DNA of 64,000 nt from a bacterium (GCA_963611815.1 CAVDSY010000022.1:26953-90952); one strand, 5' to 3'. Positions 43,192 to 53,963 are shown, counted from the stretch's first letter. The notes: a model not told the origin generated them from the sequence alone. Made by a program: numbers and translations.

Positions 43192-45002
43192 AGGGAAGCC
43201 TCCTTTCCTTGCAATGAGGTCTGAATAGCGTTGATGCGGGCGTAGATCCCGCCTTGTTTGACGAGCTGCTCATGGTTGCCTGCCTCGACGATCTTCCCCT
43301 GGTCGAGCACGAGGATGAGATCGGCATCTTTGGCGGTGGCGACGCGGTGGGTGATAAGGAGGATGGTCTGCGACGAATCAAGGCTCTTGAGTCTCGTCCT
43401 TATCGATAGGTCGGTGGCCATGTCGACGGCGGAAAGGGAATCGTCGAAGATCAGCACGGGGGCGCCGGAAAGAATGGTTCGCGCGATGGCTACCCTTTGC
43501 TTTTGGCCGCCGGAGAGGGTGACCCCTTTCTCGCCGACGGGGGTATCATAGCCGTCTTGGAAGCGCGAGATGGCCTCATCCACGGAAGCAATGTAGGCGG
43601 CGCGCCTGATCTCCTCGCGGGTGGCGGTGGAACGGCTGGCGGCGATGTTGTCGGCGATCGATTTGGAGAAGAGGAAGGGATCCTGCAGCACGGGGACTAT
43701 CTGCGTGCGTAGATAATGCTTTTGGATGTCCTTGATGTCGATCCCGTCGACTTTAATCTGCCCTCCGGTCACATCGTAGAGACGCGTGAGAAGAAGGGAC
43801 AGCGTGCTTTTGCCTGAGCCCGTTTTGCCCATGATGGCGACGCTTTGGCCGGGCTTCACCTTGAAACTGACCCCGTTCAAGACCTTGTCTTCCGGGGCGT
43901 CGAAATAAGCAAAAGCGACGTCATCGAACTCTATCGCCCCGTCGATTCGCGGGGTGAGTCCGGTTTTGGTGTCCTCTTCCGCTTCGCCCATCACCGCCTC
44001 GATGCGGTCGTTGCTCGCCATCGCTTGGCCGAGGTTGGAAAGGGAGGTCGCTAAGCTCCTCATCGGCCACACGATCATGTTGACGAAGGTGTAGGAGAGG
44101 ACGACGGTGCCGGCGGTGATCTCCGCAGGCTTTTTGGTGGCGAGGTAGATGGCGAAAAGGAGGGCGATGACGCGCGAAGCGAAGATGAAGATGTCGCTGC
44201 TTGCGTAGAAGAAGGAGGAGAGCTTCTTCCAGGCGACGAATTTGTGCTTGTAGTCGTCGAGGGTGATCTCGAACTGGGCAATTTCGTAGCGCTCCTGATT
44301 GAAGGCTTTGACGATGCGCGTGGCATAGAGGTTCTCGCTGATTTTCTCGGTTAGGCGTGCCTCGCTTTCGTCGGTGACGCGGTATCGGCTTCTGACCCCT
44401 TTTATCATGAAGAAGGAGTAGACGAACATGATTGGCATCAAGGAGATCGAGACGAGGGTGAGCTTCCATGATATCGAGAAGAGGGTCGCTAGGCAAAGCG
44501 TGCCGACGGAAAGGACGTAGCTTGCCTGCGACATGTCGTTGATGAAGAAATTGCGCACGACGTCGGCGTCCCTGGTGCAGGTCTGGATGAGATCGCCCTC
44601 CTTATGCGATTTGAAGTAGGGGTAAGGAAGCCTTTCCAGATGGGTGAAGAGATCGTATTGGATGTTCTTCCTTATCTGCTCCAAAGCGTGGGCCCTGATA
44701 AGCATGCGGATTATCGAAGCGCCGGCGGTCAAAACGCCAGAGAGGGAGACGGCGACGATGAGGATGTAGCGGTGCTCGTCAAGATAAGCGGCCCCGCGGT
44801 TGAGGCTGATCATGCTGACGACCCAATTCTCTATGGGGTCGGCGCTAGAGAGAGTGCCTTGCAAAGAGTCGACGAGGACTTTGGCGAGGAAGGTCGAGAA
44901 AACCGAAAAGAAGACCATGACGAACTGCGAGACGAAATTCATGGCGTAAAGGAGCCGGCAGTTGCGGATGTTTCTTTTGAGGGCTAGGAAGAGTTTCTTC
45001 AT
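43188..45002 (-). CDS. ABC exporter, fused permease/ATPase (second pair, subunit A)
   Basis: Walker A GKTGSGKST, signature LSGGQKQR, Walker B VLIFDDSLS. Confidence 0.9.
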   Translation of the reverse strand: MKKLFLALKRNIRNCRLLYAMNFVSQFVMVFFSVFSTFLAKVLVDSLQGTLSSADPIENWVVSMISLNRGAAYLDEHRYILIVAVSLSGVLTAGASIIRMLIRAHALEQIRKNIQYDLFTHLERLPYPYFKSHKEGDLIQTCTRDADVVRNFFINDMSQASYVLSVGTLCLATLFSISWKLTLVSISLMPIMFVYSFFMIKGVRSRYRVTDESEARLTEKISENLYATRIVKAFNQERYEIAQFEITLDDYKHKFVAWKKLSSFFYASSDIFIFASRVIALLFAIYLATKKPAEITAGTVVLSYTFVNMIVWPMRSLATSLSNLGQAMASNDRIEAVMGEAEEDTKTGLTPRIDGAIEFDDVAFAYFDAPEDKVLNGVSFKVKPGQSVAIMGKTGSGKSTLSLLLTRLYDVTGGQIKVDGIDIKDIQKHYLRTQIVPVLQDPFLFSKSIADNIAASRSTATREEIRRAAYIASVDEAISRFQDGYDTPVGEKGVTLSGGQKQRVAIARTILSGAPVLIFDDSLSAVDMATDLSIRTRLKSLDSSQTILLITHRVATAKDADLILVLDQGKIVEAGNHEQLVKQGGIYARINAIQTSLQGKEASL

Positions 45003-45016
45003 AAAAGACGAAGGCT

Positions 45017-45044
45017 ATTCTAAGCCAAGGCAATTTATTGGCAA
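45017..45044 (-). promoter_or_regulatory. Promoter of the second ABC operon (very short leader)
   Basis: On the - strand: -35 TTGCCA (45044-45039), 16-nt spacer, -10 TAGAAT (45022-45017). 14 nt separate it from the ATG at 45002, with no SD. Confidence 0.45.
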
Positions 45045-45046
45045 TC

Positions 45047-45075
45047 AAAAAAACGCGCGGGCGCGCCTCTGCGCG
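45047..45075 (-). terminator. GC-rich hairpin plus T7 after the PAP2 gene
   Basis: The - strand reads CGCGCagagGCGCGcccgcgcgTTTTTTT, immediately downstream of the PAP2 stop at 45080. Confidence 0.5.
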
Positions 45076-45079
45076 ATAC

Positions 45080-46018
45080 TCATTCCTCTTGCTTGAGGAC
45101 GCCTTTCTTGTCAAGGACGCGGAAGGAAATGAAGGGAACGAGGAAGGCGAAGAAGAGGGCGATGAATCCGCCGAGAGCGGTGTCGCTGAGGTAATGGGCG
45201 CCGTAACGGATGCGGGCGAACTGAATCGTTAAGCCATAGCATGCGCAGAGGACGAAAATCAGATGCCTCACCCATGCTTTGTCTTTCGCCTTGTCGTTAA
45301 GGAAAGGGAGGAAAGCGAGGAGGATGCTGCTCATGCTCACGAAGCTATGCCCAGAGGGGAAGGATTTGAAGTCGTCGCTTCCGACGACGTCTGAAGGATA
45401 GACCTGCTCAGCAAGCCCTTTGCCGCCTGAAAGGTACCAAGGCTCGAAGAGTTCGGCGGCGGTATAGGTCTCGTAGCCATTGCGGATCAGGCGGAAACGC
45501 GGCCTCATGACGATGCCCTTCATAATGAAGTTGAAGGCGAGCCCTAGATAGAAAGCGCCCATCAGAACAAGCCAACAGCAGAGGAGCTTTTTGGTGTCTT
45601 TGGTGGTGATGGCTTTGAAAGAGAGGAAAACGATTAAGGCTTCGATTGCGGCGGCGATGATGAGCCTCACGGCGATGTTGCTCACTTCCTTGAAGCCGTT
45701 TTTGGAGCTGTTCATGTCGGCGAAGATGAGATAGAAGCTCACCCCGATGACCATCGCGCCGAAGATTATGAGAAGGACCTTGAAGAGTTTCTTCTCCACC
45801 TGCTGGGCGAGGCGGAAGGCCATCGCGCCGAAGACGCCCATCATCGCCCAGCCAAGGACCTCGCCGAAGGAGGCGCAGATCATGCCGAAGACGCTGCTTG
45901 TGTCGGCGATGGCTTGGCTTATCTGCAAATCGTAGACGCTGCCGATGACGAAGAGGGCGACGAGGATCGCGCATAATCCTCCGAACAGGAAATAGGATGC
46001 TTTGCCGAAAACCTTCAT
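45080..46018 (-). CDS. PAP2-family membrane phosphatase
   Basis: PAP2 motifs KSFPSGHS and RIRYGAHYLSD. ATG at 46018 with AAGGAGAG upstream. Multiple TM segments. Confidence 0.8.
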   Translation of the reverse strand: MKVFGKASYFLFGGLCAILVALFVIGSVYDLQISQAIADTSSVFGMICASFGEVLGWAMMGVFGAMAFRLAQQVEKKLFKVLLIIFGAMVIGVSFYLIFADMNSSKNGFKEVSNIAVRLIIAAAIEALIVFLSFKAITTKDTKKLLCCWLVLMGAFYLGLAFNFIMKGIVMRPRFRLIRNGYETYTAAELFEPWYLSGGKGLAEQVYPSDVVGSDDFKSFPSGHSFVSMSSILLAFLPFLNDKAKDKAWVRHLIFVLCACYGLTIQFARIRYGAHYLSDTALGGFIALFFAFLVPFISFRVLDKKGVLKQEE

Positions 46019-46245
46019 AATGCTTTCTCTCCTTGGGACTTGCCCGGTTATGTATTGCTTTAAATGATAACGCCAAGTGATTGGCAAGGCAATTCGAAGC
46101 ATTCGTTTGCTTTTCTTAAAAACCCCGCAAAAAGAAAAGAAAACTGGTTTCTGCGGGATTATTCGATTTTCTTTGCTTTCGTTGATAAGTAGCGCATTTC
46201 GCCCTTCAATTGAACTGAAAAGCCTATTGGTTTATCCTTTTCCCC

Positions 46246-46752
46246 ATGGGTAAGAAGGTGTTGATCAGGAAAATCATCGTCTGCCTCGCCGCGCTTGGCT
46301 CGGCTTTTCTTTTCTTCTGCTTCATGGGCAAAGCCTATGGGAATGAGCCTTTCTATCCCTCTTGGTATGACCTCATCTTCGGAGGCAAAGAGCTTGATTC
46401 CTCCTCCAAGGTGGCTTTGATGAGGGAATGCAAGTACGACCCCTCTCCGGCAGGGATCGCCCTCTTCTCCCTGACCATCGCCGGAGGAGCGATGGGGCTA
46501 TGGGTCTTCGCCGCGAGCCTCACCAATGAGAAATCCAACGTTTCGATGGGCTTGGGGTTAGTCACCATCCACGCCTCGCTGATCTTCCTCGGTCTCTGCC
46601 TTTGCTGTTTCACTTTGCCTATCTACCTGAGCTCAAAGCAAAGCGCCCCATTGGGCGTGGGCTCGGTCGCCTATATCGTCTTGACTTCTATTTTCCTTGC
46701 CTTAGATCTTGCGGGGATCTTTATGCTCTTGAAGGAGAAAAGGGAGGGCTGA
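46246..46752 (+). CDS. Hypothetical integral membrane protein
   Basis: 168 aa with about 4 hydrophobic segments. No recognisable family. No clear SD. Confidence 0.45.
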   Translation: MGKKVLIRKIIVCLAALGSAFLFFCFMGKAYGNEPFYPSWYDLIFGGKELDSSSKVALMRECKYDPSPAGIALFSLTIAGGAMGLWVFAASLTNEKSNVSMGLGLVTIHASLIFLGLCLCCFTLPIYLSSKQSAPLGVGSVAYIVLTSIFLALDLAGIFMLLKEKREG

Positions 46753-46757
46753 GGGCC

Positions 46758-48455
46758 ATGGAACGCGCGTGGTTGAAGGATTCCATTGGCTACATCATCT
46801 ACCCCGAATCATTCCAAGACAGCAATGGCGATGGATGCGGTGACCTCAAAGGCATCGAAAGCCGGCTGGATTACCTATCTTCTCTCGGGGTCAATCTCCT
46901 TTGGATCTGCCCCGTTTTCGATTCGCCGATGGAGGATGGGGGGTATGACGTCTCCGACTATTACCGCCTCAATCCACGTTTGGGAGACCTCGACGATCTG
47001 AGAAGCCTTTTGGGCAATGCCCACGAAAAGGGGATCAGAGTCCTCCTCGACTTCCCCTTGAATCACACCAGCTCCGCCCATCCCTGGTTTAGGAAAGCCC
47101 TGAGCGACCCTTCGTCCGAGGAACGTTCCTTCTACATATTCAGAAAAGGAAAAACCGTGGGCGGCGAGCTTTTGCCTCCCAACAACTGGGAAGGTTTCTT
47201 TGACACCTCGGCTTGGGAAAGGGTTCCGGGAAGCGACGATTTCTATCTCCATCTTTTCTCCAAAAACATGCCAGACGTCAACTGGGCCAATCCTAAGCTG
47301 AGACAAAAATACGCCGAAATCGCCGAATTCTACCTGAATTTGGGGGTCGACGGTTTCCGTTTGGATGCTTTGGCCCATCTGGCCAAAGATCAGAATTTCC
47401 CCGATTCATGTCTGCCTTTATCAAACATAGGGACGGCTTTTGACACCAAAGGATTCTCCAATCGGCCGGAGCTGTTGGATTACCTCAATGAATTGAATGA
47501 GTCGGTCTTCTCGCGGCATGATTGCCTGATTGTAGGGGAGATGGGCGGATGCATCTCGCCGGAGGAATCCCTGCGCTTCACGAATAGGAAAAGCGGCCCC
47601 ATCGACATGGCCTTCAATTTCGATACGGTTTGGGAGAACGGGGCCTTCCTTTCGATAGGCAAGAAAGACGACGAGATAAAGACGAACGTCATCTCCCTCA
47701 AAGACAATTTCATGCGCTGGTACTCCGCCTGCCACCTCTCTTCCGATATGCCCGTCTACTGGTGCAACCACGATCATCCGCGGGTGCTTTCGCAGTATGG
47801 CGACGTGCGCTTCCGCAAAGAGAGCGCCGAATGCCTCATCACCATTCTCCTTTTCCTCTACGGCACTCCTTTCATCTACATGGGCGACGAGATCGGGATG
47901 AGCAACGTGAGTTACCGCCGCCTGGAGGATTTCTCTTCCGACGTCAGCGCCGTAAACGAAATCGCCTCCTATCGCAAGCAAGGCTATTCCGATGAGGAGA
48001 TACTCGCCTATTTGAACCGCACATCAAGAGTCAGTTCTCGTTCACCTTTCCAGTGGGATGACCGGGTTTTTGCGGGGTTTTCGCCGTTAGAAGGGCGTTA
48101 TAAGGTAAATTCCAACAACCTTGAGGGGGTCAATGTCGCAATCCAAGAGAAGGACCCATCATCGATTCTGGCTTTCTACCGCTACGCAATCTCTCTCCGC
48201 AAGAATCCTCAGATAAGCGACCAAGTGCTCAACGGGGAACTGCATCTCCTTGACCGAAACCACCCCGATGTCTTCGCTTTCTACCACGATGGGCCATTCC
48301 GCCTCATCGTCATCGCGAACATGCGCCCCAAACAATGCTACTTCTCTTTCTATTACAACATCGTCGACGTGGTGCTCCACAATTATGAGGGGGTCATCCT
48401 CAAGGACCATGTTTTCTCTTTGCGCCCCTACGAAGCGATCGTCTTGAAGGTCTAG
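46758..48455 (+). CDS. GH13 alpha-glucosidase (oligo-1,6-glucosidase / trehalose-6-P hydrolase type)
   Basis: ATG at 46758. YPESFQDSNGDGCGDLKG, DFPLNHTS, GVDGFRLDA, GEM motifs. 565 aa. Confidence 0.85.
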   Translation: MERAWLKDSIGYIIYPESFQDSNGDGCGDLKGIESRLDYLSSLGVNLLWICPVFDSPMEDGGYDVSDYYRLNPRLGDLDDLRSLLGNAHEKGIRVLLDFPLNHTSSAHPWFRKALSDPSSEERSFYIFRKGKTVGGELLPPNNWEGFFDTSAWERVPGSDDFYLHLFSKNMPDVNWANPKLRQKYAEIAEFYLNLGVDGFRLDALAHLAKDQNFPDSCLPLSNIGTAFDTKGFSNRPELLDYLNELNESVFSRHDCLIVGEMGGCISPEESLRFTNRKSGPIDMAFNFDTVWENGAFLSIGKKDDEIKTNVISLKDNFMRWYSACHLSSDMPVYWCNHDHPRVLSQYGDVRFRKESAECLITILLFLYGTPFIYMGDEIGMSNVSYRRLEDFSSDVSAVNEIASYRKQGYSDEEILAYLNRTSRVSSRSPFQWDDRVFAGFSPLEGRYKVNSNNLEGVNVAIQEKDPSSILAFYRYAISLRKNPQISDQVLNGELHLLDRNHPDVFAFYHDGPFRLIVIANMRPKQCYFSFYYNIVDVVLHNYEGVILKDHVFSLRPYEAIVLKV

Positions 48456-48456
48456 C

Positions 48457-49041
48457 ATGAACAAGCATTATCTTTTCCTTTCCAACCAAGAGATCTCGAG
48501 GAAGACTTTCGAGACCGCCCTCAAGGGATTCGGGGTGAAACTCGACACCCTCTCTTATTTCTCGCCGTACGAAGGCGAGCTCATTTTGCCGAAGGAGGAC
48601 TATTCCTCTTTCTCTTCGCTCGTCTTGCCTCTTCGTGAGGATTTGGGCGGCTCGATCAGCTTCCTCTGCTGTCACGACAGGGGAGAACTCGGCAAAAAGC
48701 TGCTCAAAGACGCGCTTGGCTATTTTCCCAACCAAGCCGTATTCCCCACCGACGTTCTTATGAAGGAGATGAGCTTTGGCGATTACACATCCGTACCTTT
48801 GCTGTGTGCCTCCTTCTCACATCTCGACCACGAGCTTCTCCTCACGGCGGGGACCTATCTCCGCTGCGGGTTGGATGCCTCGCTCTCCGCCAAGGAACTC
48901 TTCATTCACAGGAACACTTTCAATTACCGGCTGAACGCCTTTATCGAGGAGACGAATCTCGATATCCGCGACTATCATAACGCCTTGTTGCTGGAGCTGT
49001 ATTTTCAAGTGTCTTCAGGGCGATTCTCCTCATCGCGATGA
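48457..49041 (+). CDS. PucR/CdaR-type C-terminal HTH protein
   Basis: The C-terminal ..AKELFIHRNTFNYRLNAFIEETNLDIRDYHNALLLELY matches the PucR HTH pattern. It starts 1 nt after the GH13 stop. Confidence 0.55.
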   Translation: MNKHYLFLSNQEISRKTFETALKGFGVKLDTLSYFSPYEGELILPKEDYSSFSSLVLPLREDLGGSISFLCCHDRGELGKKLLKDALGYFPNQAVFPTDVLMKEMSFGDYTSVPLLCASFSHLDHELLLTAGTYLRCGLDASLSAKELFIHRNTFNYRLNAFIEETNLDIRDYHNALLLELYFQVSSGRFSSSR

Positions 49042-49050
49042 GGTTTTTTT
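49028..49050 (+). terminator. Rho-independent terminator overlapping the PucR-like stop
   Basis: Perfect palindrome CCTCATCGCGATGAGG (49028-49043), followed by T7. Confidence 0.7.
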
Positions 49051-49139
49051 GTAAGCGCTTACCGCCTTTTATCTTATGATAAATGTTTCACTTTCCGCCT
49101 TTCTAGACCATACTTTCGTCGTTTGAAAGGGAGACCATC

Positions 49140-51428
49140 ATGAAGAAATCAAAACGTGCCTCTATCGCTTGCCTAATGGCTTTGTCGCTCTGCGGCTGCA
49201 ACGGAGCTTCGAACGTTGACAGAACCTCCGATTCGATATCTACTTCAGATTCCGGAGCGACCGGAAGCTGGAACGCGGACGCTCAGGCTCTGATGAAGAC
49301 CTATTGCGGTGAGGTGCTGCCCTATTTCGGCGACCTTACCGACAAGGAGATCCACTTCGACGAAAAACTCTCCACTTCTGGTGTCAAATACCTCCAGATC
49401 TATTTCTTTTCGCCTTCCTTCGTTCTCGAGGATTATTATGAAGGCCTCGAAGCGAACAATTGGGGCGTAATCGAAGGCTATTCCACCAACGTCATCAGGG
49501 AAGACGATTCCGGCACCAAGTTCTGCGAGCTGACCAAGATCGGCTCCGACGGCAAGACGGGTTACAATCTCACTTATTTCTTCTATCCCGAATCAGAAGG
49601 GGAGGAAGGCTATAATTGCGTTTGGTGCTACAACAACGCGACCACGACGCTAACCGATGATTCCTCTTGGAGCGATCACAACTCCCAACTCATCGAATAT
49701 GTCCTTATGGACAGTCTTCCCTTTATCAGAATCGGCTCTGACTACCAGGTTTATCAGCGCTCCGCCGACCAGCTTTCAATCTACGATTACTGCGCCATCG
49801 ATAGGCGCGAGGAGACCGCCGCTCTGCTTGAAAGCAATGGCTTCGTCGCCGACGAGGAAGAGAGCGAGGCAAATGACTGCGAGGTCCTGGTGAAGGACAT
49901 CGATGCGGGCACGATAACCGCTCAGCTTATGTATTCCAGCGGAAACCTATTCTATTTCACCTTCGACGCGAAGAAGAAGACTTCCAAGTCATGGCCCTCA
50001 GACTTTTTGGCTCCGATTGAGCAAGAGACCGGAATCAAAATCCCTCTGTTCGCGTCCAAAAACTATATCTACTACGAGAAGCATGGCGTCCATTATGTTT
50101 ACGGTTATACCGATGGGGATGTCTCTTCGATTTATCAAGACGCTCTCGAAGACCTCGGCCTCATTGGCGATTACCTTGGCAATTACACCAATTGGGATGA
50201 GACTTTCGCCCTATCTTGCGGCTCTCTCGTCAACTCAAAATATGTCGTCGTGGGCTTTGAGATAATCGTCGGCGTCACAAAGCCGACTTCGAGTTTCTCC
50301 GCGTCTTGGCCCAGCGAAGACATCGCCTCTTTTTGCAAGGAGGTAGGGATCGACGTCGCGTGCCCTTCGCCTCTAGCCTCGCCCAACTCGGCAAGAAGGA
50401 TCAAATACACGAGCGAGACCGACATGGAGTATTGGACCGAATATTGGTACCACTACATCATGGAGAACGCTGACTGGATGGGAGTAGACACCACCGACAA
50501 AGAAGCCATTCGCGCGATGGCTGAGAAGACGGCCAAAGAGAACATCGGCCTTTTCATGGATATCTATGACCCCGATTATTCTTTCTCCAAAGCCTTTGAG
50601 CAGCAGCTTTATGAGCTTGCTTGGCACCGCGAGTCGATAAGCCAAAGCCTGTTCGGCGAGACTGATTTCTACAACATGACCTTCGAAGATCCTACTGGAA
50701 CGCTGTCTATCGTCTTTTGGCGCACCGGCCTCGACGTGACAAGAGTCACCGTCATGAAGGGGCAGGGCGAGGCCAATGAGCCCGTCTTCGCCTTCAAGGA
50801 GACGAGCGTCACTCTGGGCCTTGGCGACAGCGCCGCCCTTGAGATGAACATCGATATGCTTCCTTACTCGGTCTCTTATTCTTGCAATGATACCTCCGGC
50901 AAGGTCCATATCGATGCCTCCACCGGGGTGGTCTCAATCGATGAGGACGCAAATGTAGGCGATGTCGTCGTCGTCACGGCGACGATGAATGTCCCGGGCG
51001 AAGAAGACGCGCGTACAGCTACTGTCGAGATCAAGGTCGCTGAGAGGACCCCTTATACCGTCGGCAGCGCCTATGATAATGTGGCCGCGCGCATGAACGA
51101 TTTCCTCAAGCCCGCTTCGGACGAGAGAATAAGAAGGAACTACTATGACGAAGAAACCGAGAAGATCGGTTATTTCGAAGTCAATTTCGGAACCCGCAGC
51201 GTCAAGAAGACGAAAAGCGTTATCGAGACGAAGATGATTCCTGATTCTTTTGTGGCCGATGGGACGTGGACTAAAGGGCGCGGCCTTTGGGGATATACCT
51301 CAGAAATTATCCGCTACAAGTGCGATGGCATTGTGATTGAGTTCCAGATTTATCAATCCGACGATATCACTGGCGTCATCTTCCTTTGCTATGTCGAAGG
51401 AACGGTCATTGAAGAAAGCGCGCATTGA
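49140..51428 (+). CDS. Large surface lipoprotein (contains a BIG2-like Ig domain)
   Basis: Signal plus lipobox MKKSKRASIACLMALSLCGC. 762 aa. Ig-like segment ..VTLGLGDSAALEMN...VSYSCNDTSGKVHIDASTGVVS.... SD GGGAG upstream. Confidence 0.7.
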   Translation: MKKSKRASIACLMALSLCGCNGASNVDRTSDSISTSDSGATGSWNADAQALMKTYCGEVLPYFGDLTDKEIHFDEKLSTSGVKYLQIYFFSPSFVLEDYYEGLEANNWGVIEGYSTNVIREDDSGTKFCELTKIGSDGKTGYNLTYFFYPESEGEEGYNCVWCYNNATTTLTDDSSWSDHNSQLIEYVLMDSLPFIRIGSDYQVYQRSADQLSIYDYCAIDRREETAALLESNGFVADEEESEANDCEVLVKDIDAGTITAQLMYSSGNLFYFTFDAKKKTSKSWPSDFLAPIEQETGIKIPLFASKNYIYYEKHGVHYVYGYTDGDVSSIYQDALEDLGLIGDYLGNYTNWDETFALSCGSLVNSKYVVVGFEIIVGVTKPTSSFSASWPSEDIASFCKEVGIDVACPSPLASPNSARRIKYTSETDMEYWTEYWYHYIMENADWMGVDTTDKEAIRAMAEKTAKENIGLFMDIYDPDYSFSKAFEQQLYELAWHRESISQSLFGETDFYNMTFEDPTGTLSIVFWRTGLDVTRVTVMKGQGEANEPVFAFKETSVTLGLGDSAALEMNIDMLPYSVSYSCNDTSGKVHIDASTGVVSIDEDANVGDVVVVTATMNVPGEEDARTATVEIKVAERTPYTVGSAYDNVAARMNDFLKPASDERIRRNYYDEETEKIGYFEVNFGTRSVKKTKSVIETKMIPDSFVADGTWTKGRGLWGYTSEIIRYKCDGIVIEFQIYQSDDITGVIFLCYVEGTVIEESAH

Positions 51429-51441
51429 TTTTGGACAAACT

Positions 51442-51473
51442 AAAAAGCCGCTTGAATGGTGAAGCGGCTTTTT
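51442..51473. terminator. Bidirectional terminator between the lipoprotein gene and pyk
   Basis: AAAAAGCCGCTT-gaatggtg-AAGCGGCTTTTT. Confidence 0.75.
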
Positions 51474-51490
51474 AAGTTGTTTTTGCGGAG

Positions 51491-52945
51491 TTATTCGAGC
51501 TCTTTGATCTCGTTGGCTTCAAGGATGCGCATGAAATTGGTTTTGCCTGCGCCGGTGGGTGTGCCTCCGACGAGGATTATCGGCGAGCCGGGGGCGATGC
51601 CGATGTCGCGCGCTATTTTGAGGGCGAGAACCTCCATCTCCTCGATGAAGTCCGGCATCGAGGTCTTGAGTAGAATTGAGTAGACGCCCCAATCCCAAGC
51701 GGAACGGAGGGCGGTGCTGCGCCTGTTTGTTATCGAGATTATCGGACAGCAGGGGCGCGCTTTGGAAATGCGCTTAGTTGAGTTGCCGGTCTCGGTGAAG
51801 TTGACTATCAGTTTCGCCCCGATGAGCAGAGCGGTGTTGGCAACGGCATTGGATATGGCGTCGTTGTTGGAACGCTCGCTGGTGTCGTAAGCCTCTTTTG
51901 CGAGGTTCTCATAATTGAGGTACTTCTCCATCGTGGCGCTTATCTTTGCCTGCATTTCCACGGCTTCGACCGGGTATTTCCCCGAGGCGCTTTCGCCTGA
52001 CAGCATCACGCAGTCGGAGCTTTCTTCTATTGAGGTGGCGACGTCGGAAACCTCGGCCCTCGTTGGGCGCGGGTTCTGCTGCATGGAGTCGAGCATCTGG
52101 GTGGCGGTGATGACGGGCTTCCCCTTCTGGCGGCATCTTTGGATTATGTGGCGCTGGATGACGGGGACTTCCTCTGGCGGCACTTCGACCCCCAGGTCGC
52201 CTCTAGCGACCATGACTCCATCGGAGGCATCGATTATCTGATCTATTTTGCTCACCCCTTCTGGGTTCTCTATTTTGGCGAAAACGGGAATGTCGGGGTC
52301 GCCGTATTTGGCGAGGATTCTTTTTATCTCCAAGATATCCTCGGGGCGTCTTGTGAAGGAAGCGAATATGCAATCGACGTGCTGCTCACATCCAAACTTG
52401 AGATCTTTCTCGTCTTGTTCGGAGATGAAGGGCATCGAAAGGCGGGAGAAGGGGCAATTGACGCCTTTCTGGTCTTTGAGAAGATGGGCGTTTTTGGCCT
52501 CGACGAGGAGGGAACGCTCATTGGAATCCTTGCCTTTGACCTCAAAATCGAGCTCGCCGTCGTCGATGAGAATGTGATCGCCTATCTTAACGTCGTCGTA
52601 AAGCCCTTTGTAAGTAACGGAGAATTTCGCGGGGTCGCCGATGGTCTCTTCCATCAGGATCTTCATCTTCTGCCCGGCTTCGACGGGGACGCCGCCTTTC
52701 TGCATGTAGCCAGTGCGAATCTCAGGGCCTTTTGTGTCCAAAGCCACGGGGATATAGATCCCTTGGTTTTCCATCGCGCGGACGATCTTGATTTTGTTGA
52801 GCTGCTCTTCGTGGGTGCCGTGAGAGAAGTTGACTCTCATGACGTTCATCCCGGCCTTGTAGAGTTCCATGATCATCTCGGGGGTTTGCGAAGCCGGTCC
52901 GATCGTGCAGATGATTTTGGTTTTCTTGTTGATATTCAGCAACAT
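51491..52945 (-). CDS. pyk: Pyruvate kinase
   Basis: Starts MLLNINKKTKIICTIGPAS. ATG at 52945 with AAGGAG upstream. MVARGDLGVE motif. Confidence 0.95.
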   Translation of the reverse strand: MLLNINKKTKIICTIGPASQTPEMIMELYKAGMNVMRVNFSHGTHEEQLNKIKIVRAMENQGIYIPVALDTKGPEIRTGYMQKGGVPVEAGQKMKILMEETIGDPAKFSVTYKGLYDDVKIGDHILIDDGELDFEVKGKDSNERSLLVEAKNAHLLKDQKGVNCPFSRLSMPFISEQDEKDLKFGCEQHVDCIFASFTRRPEDILEIKRILAKYGDPDIPVFAKIENPEGVSKIDQIIDASDGVMVARGDLGVEVPPEEVPVIQRHIIQRCRQKGKPVITATQMLDSMQQNPRPTRAEVSDVATSIEESSDCVMLSGESASGKYPVEAVEMQAKISATMEKYLNYENLAKEAYDTSERSNNDAISNAVANTALLIGAKLIVNFTETGNSTKRISKARPCCPIISITNRRSTALRSAWDWGVYSILLKTSMPDFIEEMEVLALKIARDIGIAPGSPIILVGGTPTGAGKTNFMRILEANEIKELE

Positions 52946-52994
52946 AAATGTGCTCCTTCTTCGTTGAAAGGGAAAAGGGCCCAAAGGCCCTTGT

Positions 52995-53963
52995 TCAGTT
53001 GAGGATGTCGACGAGGCGAAGCATCGAGATGTGCTTGTCTCGCGGCAGCTTCAACGCTTCATAGATGTCGTAGTCCACGATTTTGTTGTTGATCATTCCT
53101 ATGCAGATGCCCGCTTTGCCCGCAAGCAAGCAGTCGACGGCGTAAGAGCCCATCCTGGCCGCGAGGATGCGGTCGAACGCACTCGGGGTGCCTCCGCGCT
53201 GCACCCTGCCGAGGACTTCGGCTTTGGTCTCGAAGCCGGTCTGCTCTTGGATTCGCGTGGCGAAGGCGTTGATGTCGGGATAGATCTTCTCGGAGACGAG
53301 GACGATCGCACGCTTCCTCTTGGCTTGGTACATGGCTTTGAGGGAAGACATGATCTCCTCTTCGGGAATCGGGTGGTCGGGGGTGATGATCATTTCGGCG
53401 CCCTCGGCGATGCCTGAAAACAATGCGAGATCGCCGCAGTGGTTGCCCATGACCTCGATCACGGCGCATCTCTGATGGGATTCAGTGGTGTCCCTGATGT
53501 GGTCGACGCAGTACATGATGGTGTTGAGGCAGGTGTCGAAGCCGATGGTGTAGTCGGTGGAGGCGATGTCGTTATCGATGGTGCCGGGGAGGCCGACGCA
53601 GTCGATTCCCATCTCGGTGAGCCTCTTCGCGCCCATGTATGAGCCGTCGCCGCCGATGACGACCAAGGCATCGATCCCGAGCTTGCGCAGGTTATCGACG
53701 GCGATTTGGCGGACAGATTCCTCTTTGAATTCGCGGAGCCTCGCAGTGCCGAGGATCGTGCCGCCGCGGTTGACGATGTCACTGACGGAGGAACGGTCCA
53801 TCTTGAAGATGTTATCGCCTCCTTCGACAAGTCCGCGGTACCCGTCAAGGATGCCGTAGACCTCAAGGCCGTAATGCAAAGCAGAGCGCACGACAGAGCG
53901 GATGGCGCAGTTCATGCCGGGGGCGTCGCCGCCCGAGGTTAAGATACCAATTTTGTGAATCAT
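52995..53963 (-). CDS. pfkA: ATP-dependent 6-phosphofructokinase
   Basis: MIHKIGILTSGGDAPGMN, GGDGS, PGTIDND motifs. ATG at 53963 with GAGGAA upstream. Forms a pfkA-pyk operon. Confidence 0.95.
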   Translation of the reverse strand: MIHKIGILTSGGDAPGMNCAIRSVVRSALHYGLEVYGILDGYRGLVEGGDNIFKMDRSSVSDIVNRGGTILGTARLREFKEESVRQIAVDNLRKLGIDALVVIGGDGSYMGAKRLTEMGIDCVGLPGTIDNDIASTDYTIGFDTCLNTIMYCVDHIRDTTESHQRCAVIEVMGNHCGDLALFSGIAEGAEMIITPDHPIPEEEIMSSLKAMYQAKRKRAIVLVSEKIYPDINAFATRIQEQTGFETKAEVLGRVQRGGTPSAFDRILAARMGSYAVDCLLAGKAGICIGMINNKIVDYDIYEALKLPRDKHISMLRLVDILN